Part shown: positions 39,499-48,770 of the stretch, piece by piece | Numbering within the stretch: position 1 is the first letter of the stretch | Layout: every line of letters begins with the position of its first letter | Assembly: GCA_026129095.1 (NCBI GenBank) | Contig: JAHCIT010000003.1 | Location: forward strand, 310,001-374,000 | Direction of reading: 5' to 3' | Origin: Deltaproteobacteria bacterium | GTDB lineage: Bacteria; JAGRBM01; JAHCIT01 | DNA length: 64,000 nucleotides | The notes under the pieces: model-generated | Databases searched by the model: none | Seen by the model: the letters and a program-made list of their open reading frames with translations, nothing else | Told to the model about the DNA's origin: nothing | Program-made: the position numbers and the translations under genes

Positions 39499-40133
39499 GC
39501 GGCGTCCTCCCTGCCGGCCGCCTGCCTTCCGGCGCGGCGGGCCACACCCTCGAACGACCCCGACCGGAGCCTGCGCCAGTGGACGGTTTCCAGTTTCACG
39601 GCGCGCAGCGTATCGCGGAATTCGTCCTCGGAGAACATCATGTCGTACGGGTGGTCCGTCACTGCCCGCAGGACCGGCCCCAGCGGAAGCCGGGAGAAGA
39701 ACTCGATGGGCGTGTCGGTGAAAATGAAATATCCGCCCGGCCTCAGGACACGGCTCACCTCGGCCAGGGCCGTGCGCCAGTTGGGAATGTGGTGGAACAC
39801 CTGGAACTGGAACACCGTGTCGTATGTGCCGGGCGGCGCGGGTATGGCCGCCGCCGATCCGGTGCCCAGCACGACACGGCCGCCTTCCGCATCGAACTTC
39901 CGGCGGGCACGTTCAAGCTGCCGCTCGTCCAGATCGAAGGCATCCAGAACCGACGGGCGGACGGCCTTCAGGATCGGTCCGATGGCCGCTCCCTCCCCGC
40001 AACCGATCTCCAGCGCCCTTCCGTCCGGTGAAATGTCCCTCAATGGCGCGACCAGCCGGCGGACCGATCGCGCCCGCAGGCTGCGCCGCACCGGCGAGTT
40101 GACGAACCATCTTTCGACCGGGTTCAGTTCCAT
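39495..40133 (-). CDS. Class I SAM-dependent methyltransferase
   Basis: LEIGCGEG, FHHIPNW, RVLRPGG. Confidence 0.9.
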   Translation of the reverse strand: MELNPVERWFVNSPVRRSLRARSVRRLVAPLRDISPDGRALEIGCGEGAAIGPILKAVRPSVLDAFDLDERQLERARRKFDAEGGRVVLGTGSAAAIPAPPGTYDTVFQFQVFHHIPNWRTALAEVSRVLRPGGYFIFTDTPIEFFSRLPLGPVLRAVTDHPYDMMFSEDEFRDTLRAVKLETVHWRRLRSGSFEGVARRAGRQAAGREDAA

Positions 40134-40304
40134 GGCTGAAATTTGCGGTTTCCCCGCCGTCCGGCTGTGTTATCTTCCTGTCCGGCGGCGGTGACTTCAC
40201 TCACCTTGATTGTGTAGACTTGGGCAAAGCAAGGGCTTCTCATTGAGCGTCACGGCCGGGGCGGGGGATACGGGTTACGGCTGCCGGGACGGAACGAGGG
40301 GGAT

Positions 40305-41759
40305 ATGACGGTAGCGGCTGAAAGCGAACTGCCCGGAGCGGCCGTCTCCCGGCTGGCCAACCGGGTCCGCTTCCGGGTGCTGACGGCGAACTTCGCCGTT
40401 ACGGTCATCGCCACGGCCTTCACGGGAATCCTCGTCCCCTTCATTGTCCAGATCCGCCTGAAGGATCTCGCCTCGCTGGCCCCGTTCGTCATGGCCATTA
40501 TCGCCATTGCCGGCGTCACCCAGATCTTCCTGAACGAGCGCGACTTCCAGAAGATCGTCCTCTACTCCAACCCCGACCGCCCCGAGGCCCGCGAGCTGGA
40601 GCCGATCCACTGGGTCGTGATCCGGATGCTGCTGGTGCTGTCGCTGATCGCAATGGTGTTCATCCCGGCAGTGCTGTGGGCATACAACGTCACCGTCGCC
40701 GACATGATCCGCATCGGCATGACCGGGATCGTGAACCTCCTCATCGCCGACGTGGTGGTGGTCATCATCCTCGCCATCGGGCTCATCCTGCATGCCCGTC
40801 TCCGGAAAGACGTGGAAGCCAAGGCCCCTGAGGCGCACAAGCACGTCCACCCCATCGAGGTAAAGGCGCTGGCCGACAACTTCGCCATGCGGGCCGCCCT
40901 CGTCTCGACCGGCCTGTGGGGGTTCGGCGCCGTCTCCGGGGCGCTCGTCGCCCTGCTCATCCTCCACTGGGGCGACTTCTTCGCCCTGTTCATCCTGACG
41001 GTGACGGCCGGGATCGGGATTGCCGTCTTTCCGTTCCAGTATTTCGTGTTCCGGTGGCTGTTCGGCCCCCTGCGCCGCGAGGTGATCAAGTCCCTCAGCC
41101 GCAGCTACGAGGTGGCGAGCCTCCACGAGGCATCCCATCTGATGCAGGGCGACGTGCTTGAAAAGGGCCGCATCCTCGTCGTGGTCCGCCTGCTGGCCGG
41201 CGTGTTCACCGCGGCAGCCCTGTTCATCTTTGGCGATGCCATCCCCACCTACATGTTCTGGACCGGCATCGGCTACGCCGCCGCCATCACCGTCTGTCTT
41301 GCCCTCACCTTCACCGACGAGCGCGGCGAGCAGCTCTCCGAGGGCCTCCGGCTGCTGGCCGACGGCGTGGCCCTGATCCTGCTGATCCAGTTCGCCGGTT
41401 CCATGACGACGCCCGCGCCCGGCATCTTCTTCGTCATCATCTTCTCTGTCTGCCTCCACAAGAGCTACGAGGCGGCCATGGTCGTGACGATCTTCTTCTC
41501 GGCCATGTACGGAAGCATCCTGGTCCTCGAATACCTGGGAATTATCCCCTACGCACCGTTCATGCCGGACAACCTCCTGCTCGACACCATCCTCAGCAAG
41601 GGGCTGTGGGCCAACTACGGACGGCCGGTGCTGTTCGCCATGAACTTCACCATCGTCGCCGGGGGCATGCTGCTGTCCGGTTTCATCGGCCGCCACTACC
41701 GCCGCCGGTTCCAGCTTGACCGCGACGAGCAGGAAGACCTCCTGGACAAGTGGGGATAA
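40305..41759 (+). CDS. Polytopic membrane protein with no output domain; C-terminal half resembles a PilS-type TM sensor
   Basis: About 11-12 hydrophobic segments; YGSILVLEYLGIIPYAP. Confidence 0.7.
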   Translation: MTVAAESELPGAAVSRLANRVRFRVLTANFAVTVIATAFTGILVPFIVQIRLKDLASLAPFVMAIIAIAGVTQIFLNERDFQKIVLYSNPDRPEARELEPIHWVVIRMLLVLSLIAMVFIPAVLWAYNVTVADMIRIGMTGIVNLLIADVVVVIILAIGLILHARLRKDVEAKAPEAHKHVHPIEVKALADNFAMRAALVSTGLWGFGAVSGALVALLILHWGDFFALFILTVTAGIGIAVFPFQYFVFRWLFGPLRREVIKSLSRSYEVASLHEASHLMQGDVLEKGRILVVVRLLAGVFTAAALFIFGDAIPTYMFWTGIGYAAAITVCLALTFTDERGEQLSEGLRLLADGVALILLIQFAGSMTTPAPGIFFVIIFSVCLHKSYEAAMVVTIFFSAMYGSILVLEYLGIIPYAPFMPDNLLLDTILSKGLWANYGRPVLFAMNFTIVAGGMLLSGFIGRHYRRRFQLDRDEQEDLLDKWG

Positions 41760-41767
41760 GCGCCCCC

Positions 41768-42610
41768 ATGCCCCGCGCCGCTTCCACCCGGACAACGCCC
41801 GCCGGTTCCCGGCGCGGACGCCGCCGCAAGCCCGGCACCCGACCGCAGCCCGACCGCGCCGGCACGAGCGCCGAGTCGCTCGCGCTGCTCAAGCGCCAGA
41901 CCACCGCCTTCGTCCGGCAGTTCCGCACACTCAGCCCCGAGGTGTTCCGGGCGCTGATTCTCCCCGGCGAGGAGATCACGCCCCGCCCTGCCTCCGGTTT
42001 CAGCCGCGACCGGTCGTTCGACTACGTGGTCCGCATGTCGGAAAGCATGGGGGTGAACCAGAGCTACGGCCGCATCCTGCGCGGCGCGGCGGCCGAGTTC
42101 GGCGAGAAGGGCTACGACGCGACCAGCATTGACGGCATCCTGGAGGCCTCTGATGTCGCCCGCCGCACCTTTTACCAGTTCTTCAGCGACAAGGGGGACG
42201 TGCTGGACGACCTGTTCGATCTCGTCATGGAGGTCTGGGGCGAACTGTTCGCCGAAGCCGCCCGTTCGGAAGCCCCCCCGCAGGTGAAACTCAAGCGGGC
42301 CGTGCGTGTCTGCATCGGGGGATTCAGCTTCGCGGGCCGCCTGATCCGGGTGCTGCTCACCGAGGCCCTCCGGCCGGGCTCGCCGCTCGAAGGCCGCTAC
42401 CGGAAGATACTCGACGGCCTCACCGCCACGATCCAGCCGGCCTACGAGGCCGCCGTCGGCCGTGAGGTGGACCCGAAATACATCCGCGCCCAGCTCGTCG
42501 CCGTCTTCGCCATCGCCCTCGACCTGAACCTGTCGCCCGCCAGCACCCGCGCCGAGCTGGAGGAGGCCCAGCGGCTCATGATCCGCATGATCGCCGCGCT
42601 GGGGAGGTAG
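41768..42610 (+). CDS. TetR family regulator with N-terminal extension
   Basis: FGEKGYDATSIDGILEASDVARRTFYQFFSDK. Confidence 0.85.
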   Translation: MPRAASTRTTPAGSRRGRRRKPGTRPQPDRAGTSAESLALLKRQTTAFVRQFRTLSPEVFRALILPGEEITPRPASGFSRDRSFDYVVRMSESMGVNQSYGRILRGAAAEFGEKGYDATSIDGILEASDVARRTFYQFFSDKGDVLDDLFDLVMEVWGELFAEAARSEAPPQVKLKRAVRVCIGGFSFAGRLIRVLLTEALRPGSPLEGRYRKILDGLTATIQPAYEAAVGREVDPKYIRAQLVAVFAIALDLNLSPASTRAELEEAQRLMIRMIAALGR

Positions 42611-42616
42611 GAAACC

Positions 42617-43336
42617 GTGGACAATCCGATTAATCTTGGCTTCTTCGTCTTGATGCTCGTGCCAGGATACATTTTTGCACAATCGAAGGATATCCATCTG
42701 CTTCGAGAGAATGTCCCCCAATTCGAAAAGACATTCGAAATAATCTTGTACAGTGCAATGATATGGGCACTTGCAATCATGATCCCGTATTTCCCATTCA
42801 GAGAGAACGTAGTTTCTAGTGTCACCAATGCGACGAAAAACGGAACGGTCGACTGGACTGAGGTAATCAATGATTCCACAAGCTATTTTTATCTCGTCAT
42901 TCTAGTTGCCACATTTTTGCTTGGAAATGTATGGGGCTATTTGCGAAAAAAACCATTAATAGACTCTCTTATCAAGTATTTTACTGGCCGCGATTGGTAT
43001 CCTTCAGTCGCGTTTCGATTTTTCCAGGAAAACATCAATCGCGGCGTAATCGTCAGCATGGATGGTTTCAAATACTTTGGCGTACTGTTTAGTGCCCCCG
43101 ACACAAAGGATGATTCTTTCATTTTACTTAAGGACGTTTACGTAGTACTGATATCTCAACCCAATCAGCCCCCTCAGAAACTGACGTTTGTGGATTCTGT
43201 TCTAATTAGAATTACCGATATAAATGAAATCCAGTCTGTAGTTCCTAAGGCCGTAATTCCCCCTCTGCCCAAATCTTTCTGGAAAATTTTAAAGGAATTC
43301 TTCAGCAGTTTTTGCAATGAGCAGCATCATCGGTAA
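42617..43336 (+). CDS. DUF6338-like membrane protein (AT-rich)
   Basis: N-terminal VPGY TM, 3 TMs, then W..F.FF and DGFKYFG beta domain; family recalled by pattern. Confidence 0.6.
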   Translation: MDNPINLGFFVLMLVPGYIFAQSKDIHLLRENVPQFEKTFEIILYSAMIWALAIMIPYFPFRENVVSSVTNATKNGTVDWTEVINDSTSYFYLVILVATFLLGNVWGYLRKKPLIDSLIKYFTGRDWYPSVAFRFFQENINRGVIVSMDGFKYFGVLFSAPDTKDDSFILLKDVYVVLISQPNQPPQKLTFVDSVLIRITDINEIQSVVPKAVIPPLPKSFWKILKEFFSSFCNEQHHR

Positions 43337-43363
43337 CAATTATCCTCACGAATGGAGATTATT

Positions 43364-43564
43364 ATGCCTGGCAAACGTCTGGACGAATCATTCTCGGCTG
43401 AAACACTGCAAAAGTCACTTACGGGGCAGCCCGGTGCAAAAATCGATTCAGAATTTATTCAGTCTGTGGCTGTAGACCCAAATGCGGGCGGACAATTGGT
43501 ACCTAAGCCGCCGCCCTCGCCGCCTTCCAGCACCAATGGCTCCACTTCAGGGGATGGCAATTAG
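43364..43564 (+). CDS. Small hypothetical protein with Pro/Ser-rich tail
   Basis: GGAG RBS 6 nt before ATG 43364; fills the gap to the convergent cyclase stop. Confidence 0.5.
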   Translation: MPGKRLDESFSAETLQKSLTGQPGAKIDSEFIQSVAVDPNAGGQLVPKPPPSPPSSTNGSTSGDGN

Positions 43565-43566
43565 CC

Positions 43567-44937
43567 CTACCCCGCCTCGTACGTCTTGACCGGATGGTGG
43601 ATGCCCTTGACGGTGATTTCACCTTGGGGCTGACACTCAATCTCGTCCTTCACCAGCGCCCAGGTGGAGTGGCTCATCAGGATCCTGCCGGGAGTGCAGC
43701 TGGACTCAAGGCGGGCGGCGAGGTTCACCTGCCTGCCGATCGCCGTGTAGTCCATGCGCCCCTCGGAGCCGAAGTTCCCCACGGTGGCGACACCGGTATT
43801 GATGCCGATCCGGATCTGGAACGGGTTTTCGATCCCCTCGTCCGACCACTTGCGGGCCAGTTCCCCCATGCGGGCCTGCATCTCCAGCGCCATGCGGACG
43901 CACCGGAGCGCATGGTCGCGGTCGTCGGTGGCCGCCGGCGCGCCGAAGAAGATCATGATCGCATCGCCCACGAACTTGTCCAGCGTCGCGCCGTACCGCT
44001 CGGCGATGGCCGACATTTCGTAAAGGTATTCGTTCAGCACGCGGGAGAGGTCCTCGGCCTCCAGCTCGTCGCTGGCGTCGGTGAACCCCTTGATGTCAGA
44101 GAAGAACAGCGTGAGCTTGCGCCGCTCCCACTTGCCTTCGTGCTCAAGGTCGCCGGAGAAGATCCGCTCAGCAAGCTGCCTGGGCACGTAGCGGCGGATG
44201 AGATGGGCCGCCTCCTCCATCCGGGTGTTGGAGGCGCGGAGCAGGACGTGGGCCTCGGCCAGTTCCTCCTCGCGGCTCCGCCAGTGGTGGAAGAAGTAGC
44301 CGAACAGGACCATCGTGAGCAGCGTCATGAATATCGAGAGCGGCCAGCTCACCAGCAGCCAGTTCAGCAGGAGCTTGCCGTCGCGGACCGCCACCACGTT
44401 GAAGAACGGCGCGTAAGGAATCATCCCGTTCCACGCGGCGGTTTCCAGGAGAATCCCGATCCCCACGAACGTGCTCATGCCGAGCAGTGTCGGGAACCAG
44501 CCCAGCACAAGCACACCACCGATGGCCCCCGTCACCGACACGAAACCGAGCATGAGGCTCGTCGTGGGACCGAAGGCGTAGCAATGGACGGCGAACGTGA
44601 ACCCCCACACCTGGCAAACCAGATGCGCCCAGAGGCGGCTTTCGGGAAACCGGTTCCGCAAGGCAAAGCTGGCCACGGCCAGCAGGCCCCATATCCCCAC
44701 GAACAGCCCTGTCCAGAACCGGGCGGTCTGGATCACAGCCTGATCGGCTTCGGACAGCTCCATCACCCGGAGGCCGGGTATGGCATTGAGCAGGATGAAC
44801 CGGCCGAATGCCCACCAGCCGGTCAGGATCAAGGCCACCGGCCAGCACCGGTCGGCCTGGCTCCAGTCGAGCGGTATACCGATCCGGTCCACCAGACGGC
44901 CCAAATGGCCGGGCCCGTTCTTTGAGGCTTCGGACAT
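43567..44937 (-). CDS. Membrane-bound class III adenylate cyclase with W..PYAP multi-TM sensor
   Basis: FFSDIKGFT, DKFVGDAIMIFFG, DYTAIGRQVNLAARLES; N-terminal multi-TM region. Confidence 0.9.
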   Translation of the reverse strand: MSEASKNGPGHLGRLVDRIGIPLDWSQADRCWPVALILTGWWAFGRFILLNAIPGLRVMELSEADQAVIQTARFWTGLFVGIWGLLAVASFALRNRFPESRLWAHLVCQVWGFTFAVHCYAFGPTTSLMLGFVSVTGAIGGVLVLGWFPTLLGMSTFVGIGILLETAAWNGMIPYAPFFNVVAVRDGKLLLNWLLVSWPLSIFMTLLTMVLFGYFFHHWRSREEELAEAHVLLRASNTRMEEAAHLIRRYVPRQLAERIFSGDLEHEGKWERRKLTLFFSDIKGFTDASDELEAEDLSRVLNEYLYEMSAIAERYGATLDKFVGDAIMIFFGAPAATDDRDHALRCVRMALEMQARMGELARKWSDEGIENPFQIRIGINTGVATVGNFGSEGRMDYTAIGRQVNLAARLESSCTPGRILMSHSTWALVKDEIECQPQGEITVKGIHHPVKTYEAG

Positions 44938-45043
44938 GCTTCCCCTTCGTGCGGCAGGGGAAGGATATCCGGCCGCCGGTCCGGAAGGAACCGGCAGGCT
45001 TGGACTCCCGCCTTGGGGAACGGCCATCCTTGTCATTACATCC

Positions 45044-46324
45044 ATGACCCGCACCGCCCCTGAAACGCCGGACCCGTCGCCGGTCCGCTTTGCGTGGATC
45101 GACAGCCGCACGTCCGATCTCGTCTGGTATATCGGCTCGGCCGCCGCCGGGTGGCTGTACGCGGCGCTCATCCTATGGCTCGGAAGCGGCCTCGAAAACC
45201 CGGAGACCGATCCCGTTTTCACATTCCGCGCAGGCGGACTGGATATCCCGGTCACGCTGACCGTGATCGTCCTGTGGAGCTGGGCGTTCGTGCTCGATGG
45301 GCCGCACCTGTGGGGGACGCTTGGCCGGACCGTGATGGACCCCACCGAGCGTGCAACCCGCGGCCCGGTACTGTGGAAGTCGTTCCTGTTCTTCCTCGCG
45401 GGACCGGTGACGATCCTGGGCCTGTGGCTCGCGGGGGCCGCCGCCGGAGCGCCCCGCCTCGCGCTCGCCGGAACGCCGGTCTTCTACTTCCTGTTCCGGT
45501 TGTGGGCCTACTACCATGTCGTGCGCCAGCACTGGGGGTTTTTCAGGCTCTACAAGCGGAAGGCCGGCGATTTCGACCCCGCCGGGGACCGGGCCGACGC
45601 CTGGTATTTCAACCTGGCGATGTATCTCCCCGTGGCGCTGTTCCTCACGGCGCCGTGGTACCCGCCGCCGACGGGCGGTTTCCCTGATCTCGGCCTGAAC
45701 ACGGCTTTCGTCGGGGGCCTTTCCGTCGCCCGGATCATCCGCCCGCTCTCATGGATTCTGCTCGCAGCCGGGACGGCCGCCTATGCCGGGTACCAGATCA
45801 TGCGCTACCGGCGCAGCCAGACGGTCAATGGCCCCAAGCTGATGCTGCTTCTCGCCACCGTACCGCTGCACGCGGCCGCCCTCTCGCACCCGGTGCTCGC
45901 CCTGTTCACCATCCCGCTCGTCACCGCCGGGCACAACCTCCAGTATCACCGGATCGTCTGGAGCTATGCCCGGAAGAAATACCATTCGGCGGCAGGCGGC
46001 CCGCCGCCACGCGGGAAACGCCAGAGGCCGGAAAACCCGTACGGGCTCGCCCGGCGGATTTTCTCGCATCCGGCTGTCTATGCCCTGACCGGCCTTGTCT
46101 TCACGTTCGCGCTGTTCCGGGGGCCGTGGATCGACTTTCTCCAGTCGGACATCGGCGCCGGGCTCGACGGCGCGATGGACCGGCCGGGATATCCCGCCGT
46201 CGGCCAGGCCCTCTTCGCCTCGTTTCTCGTCGGCTGGTCGCTGCAGCACTACTACCTGGACGGCATCATCTGGCGCGTCGGCTCGGATGCCGGCGTGAGG
46301 AAGCACCTCGGCATCGAGGGCTAA
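45044..46324 (+). CDS. Uncharacterised polytopic membrane protein with four His-containing motifs
   Basis: DGPHLWGT, YHVVRQHWG, GHNLQYH, QHYYLDGIIW. Confidence 0.7.
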   Translation: MTRTAPETPDPSPVRFAWIDSRTSDLVWYIGSAAAGWLYAALILWLGSGLENPETDPVFTFRAGGLDIPVTLTVIVLWSWAFVLDGPHLWGTLGRTVMDPTERATRGPVLWKSFLFFLAGPVTILGLWLAGAAAGAPRLALAGTPVFYFLFRLWAYYHVVRQHWGFFRLYKRKAGDFDPAGDRADAWYFNLAMYLPVALFLTAPWYPPPTGGFPDLGLNTAFVGGLSVARIIRPLSWILLAAGTAAYAGYQIMRYRRSQTVNGPKLMLLLATVPLHAAALSHPVLALFTIPLVTAGHNLQYHRIVWSYARKKYHSAAGGPPPRGKRQRPENPYGLARRIFSHPAVYALTGLVFTFALFRGPWIDFLQSDIGAGLDGAMDRPGYPAVGQALFASFLVGWSLQHYYLDGIIWRVGSDAGVRKHLGIEG

Positions 46325-46374
46325 CGCACATCACCGCCGGATGTCCGGCGGCAAAAGCGAAACGGAGCGAAGCC

Positions 46375-46839
46375 CTAGGCGGCTTTCATCTCGCTCGTGC
46401 AGTGCGGGCAGCGGGTCGCCTTGATATGGATTTTCGAGAAGCAGTGCGGGCATTCCTTTTCCGTTGGAGCCGCCGGGGCCGCGGGAGCTTCCTTCCGTGC
46501 CAGTTCGGTTTTCACCCGGTTGAACTGCTTGATGATCATGAACATCACGAACGCCGTGATCGTGAAATCGATCACCGTGTTCATGAACAGGCCGTAGTTG
46601 ATGGTCGCCGCACCCGCCGCCTTGGCGTCGGCCAGCGACTTGAAATCACCACCCGACAGGCTGATGAACAGGTCGCTGAAGTTGACCCGTCCGACCAGCG
46701 CGCCGACCGGTGGCATCAGCACGTCATTGACGGCGGAGGTCACGATCTTTCCGAACACGCCGCCGATAATCACACCGACGGCCAGATCGATCACGTTCCC
46801 CCGGATTGCAAAATCACGGAACTCTTTCGCTATCGACAC
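46375..46839 (-). CDS. mscL: Large-conductance mechanosensitive channel with C-terminal CxxC..CxxC
   Basis: [27 protein letters not shown]; tail CPHC..CPHC. Confidence 0.96.
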   Translation of the reverse strand: MSIAKEFRDFAIRGNVIDLAVGVIIGGVFGKIVTSAVNDVLMPPVGALVGRVNFSDLFISLSGGDFKSLADAKAAGAATINYGLFMNTVIDFTITAFVMFMIIKQFNRVKTELARKEAPAAPAAPTEKECPHCFSKIHIKATRCPHCTSEMKAA

Positions 46840-46880
46840 GGAATGTCTCCTTGCACTGCTTATGGTGCGTTTTGAACTGG

Positions 46881-46910
46881 AAAAACCCCAGCTTGCTGGG
46901 CCGGGGTTTT
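46881..46910 (-). terminator. Probable terminator downstream of the OmpA-like gene
   Basis: Minus strand ACCCCGGC-loop-GCTGGGGT followed by TTTT. Confidence 0.55.
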
Positions 46911-46928
46911 CCGTACGGTATCAATCTA

Positions 46929-47810
46929 TCAGTTCTGGGCGGGTTCGAGAACCAGAAACTCGACCCGGCGGTTCTGTGCCTGCTTGTCCGGGGTATCGTC
47001 GGGGGTAACAACCGGCCTTTCCTCCCCGTAACCAACCGGCGAAAGGCGGCCACCCGCCACACCCTTTTGCACGAGATACGCCTTGACCGAATCGGCACGG
47101 GCCGCGGAAAGCCGCTGGTTCGCGGCAGCGTCGCCGACCGTATCCGTATGGCCAGCCACCTCGACCTTCGTGATCTGCGGGTTGTCCACCAGTACCCGGG
47201 CGACATCGTTCAGAAGGTCATATGACTTCGCCAGGATGTCGGCCTTACTGGTTGCGAAGTAGACCGGCTGAAGGATCACGATCCGGTTGCCTTCCACCCG
47301 TGCCAGGGCCTTGCTGCTTGGCAACAGCGTGAAATCCGTCACTGTCTTTTTACCAGCAGCGACTTTCACGTCCTTCACTTGCGGCTCATGATCCTTGGCG
47401 GCCGCACGGACATGGTAGTTTCCCTCAGGCAGTTCCTCGCTGTAGGCAGCATCCCTGGCAGAAACATTCCTGACGGTTTTCCCGTTCTGCTCGAAGGCAA
47501 GGGAGGCCGAAAGCGGCGATCCATCAGCAGACGTCACCTTGCCCTCAGCCGAACCCTGCGTCTTGGCGGCAGCAGCCACCGGTGCCTTGACGGCAGGCTC
47601 GGACCTTGCCGTATCCTGGGCAGGAGCCTTCTCCGCCTGCCTTCTTCCCCAGCCACTGCCGCATTCATCCCAATACCTGCAGCGGCGCATCCCGCGCTCA
47701 TTCAGGGTGCCGCGGTAGTTTTCGTATTTCCCCGCTCCAAGATCAGCACATCCCGCGGCAAATACCGACAAGACCAAAGTGAACAGAAGTTTTTTCAAGT
47801 TTGTCTCCAT
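46929..47810 (-). CDS. OmpA-family lipoprotein with carboxypeptidase-regulatory-like domain
   Basis: Lipobox AAGC; GHTD..NQRLSAARADSV..GYGEERP..NRRVEF. Confidence 0.92.
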   Translation of the reverse strand: METNLKKLLFTLVLSVFAAGCADLGAGKYENYRGTLNERGMRRCRYWDECGSGWGRRQAEKAPAQDTARSEPAVKAPVAAAAKTQGSAEGKVTSADGSPLSASLAFEQNGKTVRNVSARDAAYSEELPEGNYHVRAAAKDHEPQVKDVKVAAGKKTVTDFTLLPSSKALARVEGNRIVILQPVYFATSKADILAKSYDLLNDVARVLVDNPQITKVEVAGHTDTVGDAAANQRLSAARADSVKAYLVQKGVAGGRLSPVGYGEERPVVTPDDTPDKQAQNRRVEFLVLEPAQN

Positions 47811-47913
47811 CGTTTAGTAGTTTTGTCAGCCAGTCCACATCCCCGGCCAAACGCCCGTAGCATCCCTCAGGGCAGACCAGCCCCGCCATGACCAATATCA
47901 TTACACAACCGGT

Positions 47914-48582
47914 TTACTCAACCGTATGGCTCCCGTCCTTCAACTGCGCGTATACCATCCCCGCCAGTTCGCTAACCAGTTCCTCCCGGGAGACGTCCGC
48001 CGGGCGGTTCAGCGCGATCCGTATGACCGCCACGGCAGCCATGCTTAGCAGGAGGAAAAACCGTGCCCGGCGTCTGGATTCCGGCTGCCTCGCGTCTATC
48101 TCCCGCCAGCCGAGCTGGCTGACCGCCACCAGAATACGGGTTTCGATCTGCCGTGCGACGGCCGCCTGCTCGATCATGGGAACCCCGGTGAGGATTGCCC
48201 GTGCGTACACCCGGTTATGCTCGATAGCCGCCACCGCCGTCTCGACAAGTCCGTGGACGGTTTCCTCCAGGGAAGTCCTGGACAGGAGCGGAGCGCCGTG
48301 AAGGACGAAATAGCCGGTAGTCTCGGAAATCGCATGGTCTGTCATCGCCTCGATGACCGATTCCTTGTTGGGGAAATAGTGATAGAGCGAGCCGATGCTG
48401 ATACCCGCCCGTTCAGCGATCCGGTTCGTCGTGGTCCGTTCATAGCCTTCGGCGAGCAGCACTTCGGCAGCCGCCTGGATTACCGCCCGGACAGTCTCCC
48501 GCGAGCGGTTCTGCACCGGCGCCCGGCGGGCAGGCGTCACGGCCGGCCTCCCGGCCCTTTTCCGGGTGCGTTTCCGGTTCAT
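47914..48582 (-). CDS. TetR family regulator
   Basis: PVQNRSRET, TTNRIAERAGISIGSLYHYFPNK. Confidence 0.93.
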   Translation of the reverse strand: MNRKRTRKRAGRPAVTPARRAPVQNRSRETVRAVIQAAAEVLLAEGYERTTTNRIAERAGISIGSLYHYFPNKESVIEAMTDHAISETTGYFVLHGAPLLSRTSLEETVHGLVETAVAAIEHNRVYARAILTGVPMIEQAAVARQIETRILVAVSQLGWREIDARQPESRRRARFFLLLSMAAVAVIRIALNRPADVSREELVSELAGMVYAQLKDGSHTVE

Positions 48583-48603
48583 GCAGTCAGTCTATCCATA
48601 TTC

Positions 48604-48647
48604 GAGCATTTGCTCAATTTTCAGGAGCCCATTTCCCTGAAATGGGC
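48604..48647. promoter_or_regulatory. Palindromes in the divergent tetR/coq4-like intergenic region (candidate operators)
   Basis: GAGCA-TT-TGCTC (48604-48615); GCCCATTTC-CCT-GAAATGGGC (48627-48647). Confidence 0.45.
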
Positions 48648-48770
48648 AAAAGGAGCCCTTCAAGGCATGAAAACGAATGCGAGTAGTTCCGGGCGAACGG
48701 CCGTATATCCTTATAAATAGCGAAGCGGAGGCTGTGCAGGAGCATTACAACCCCGGTCGAAGGAGCGTTC

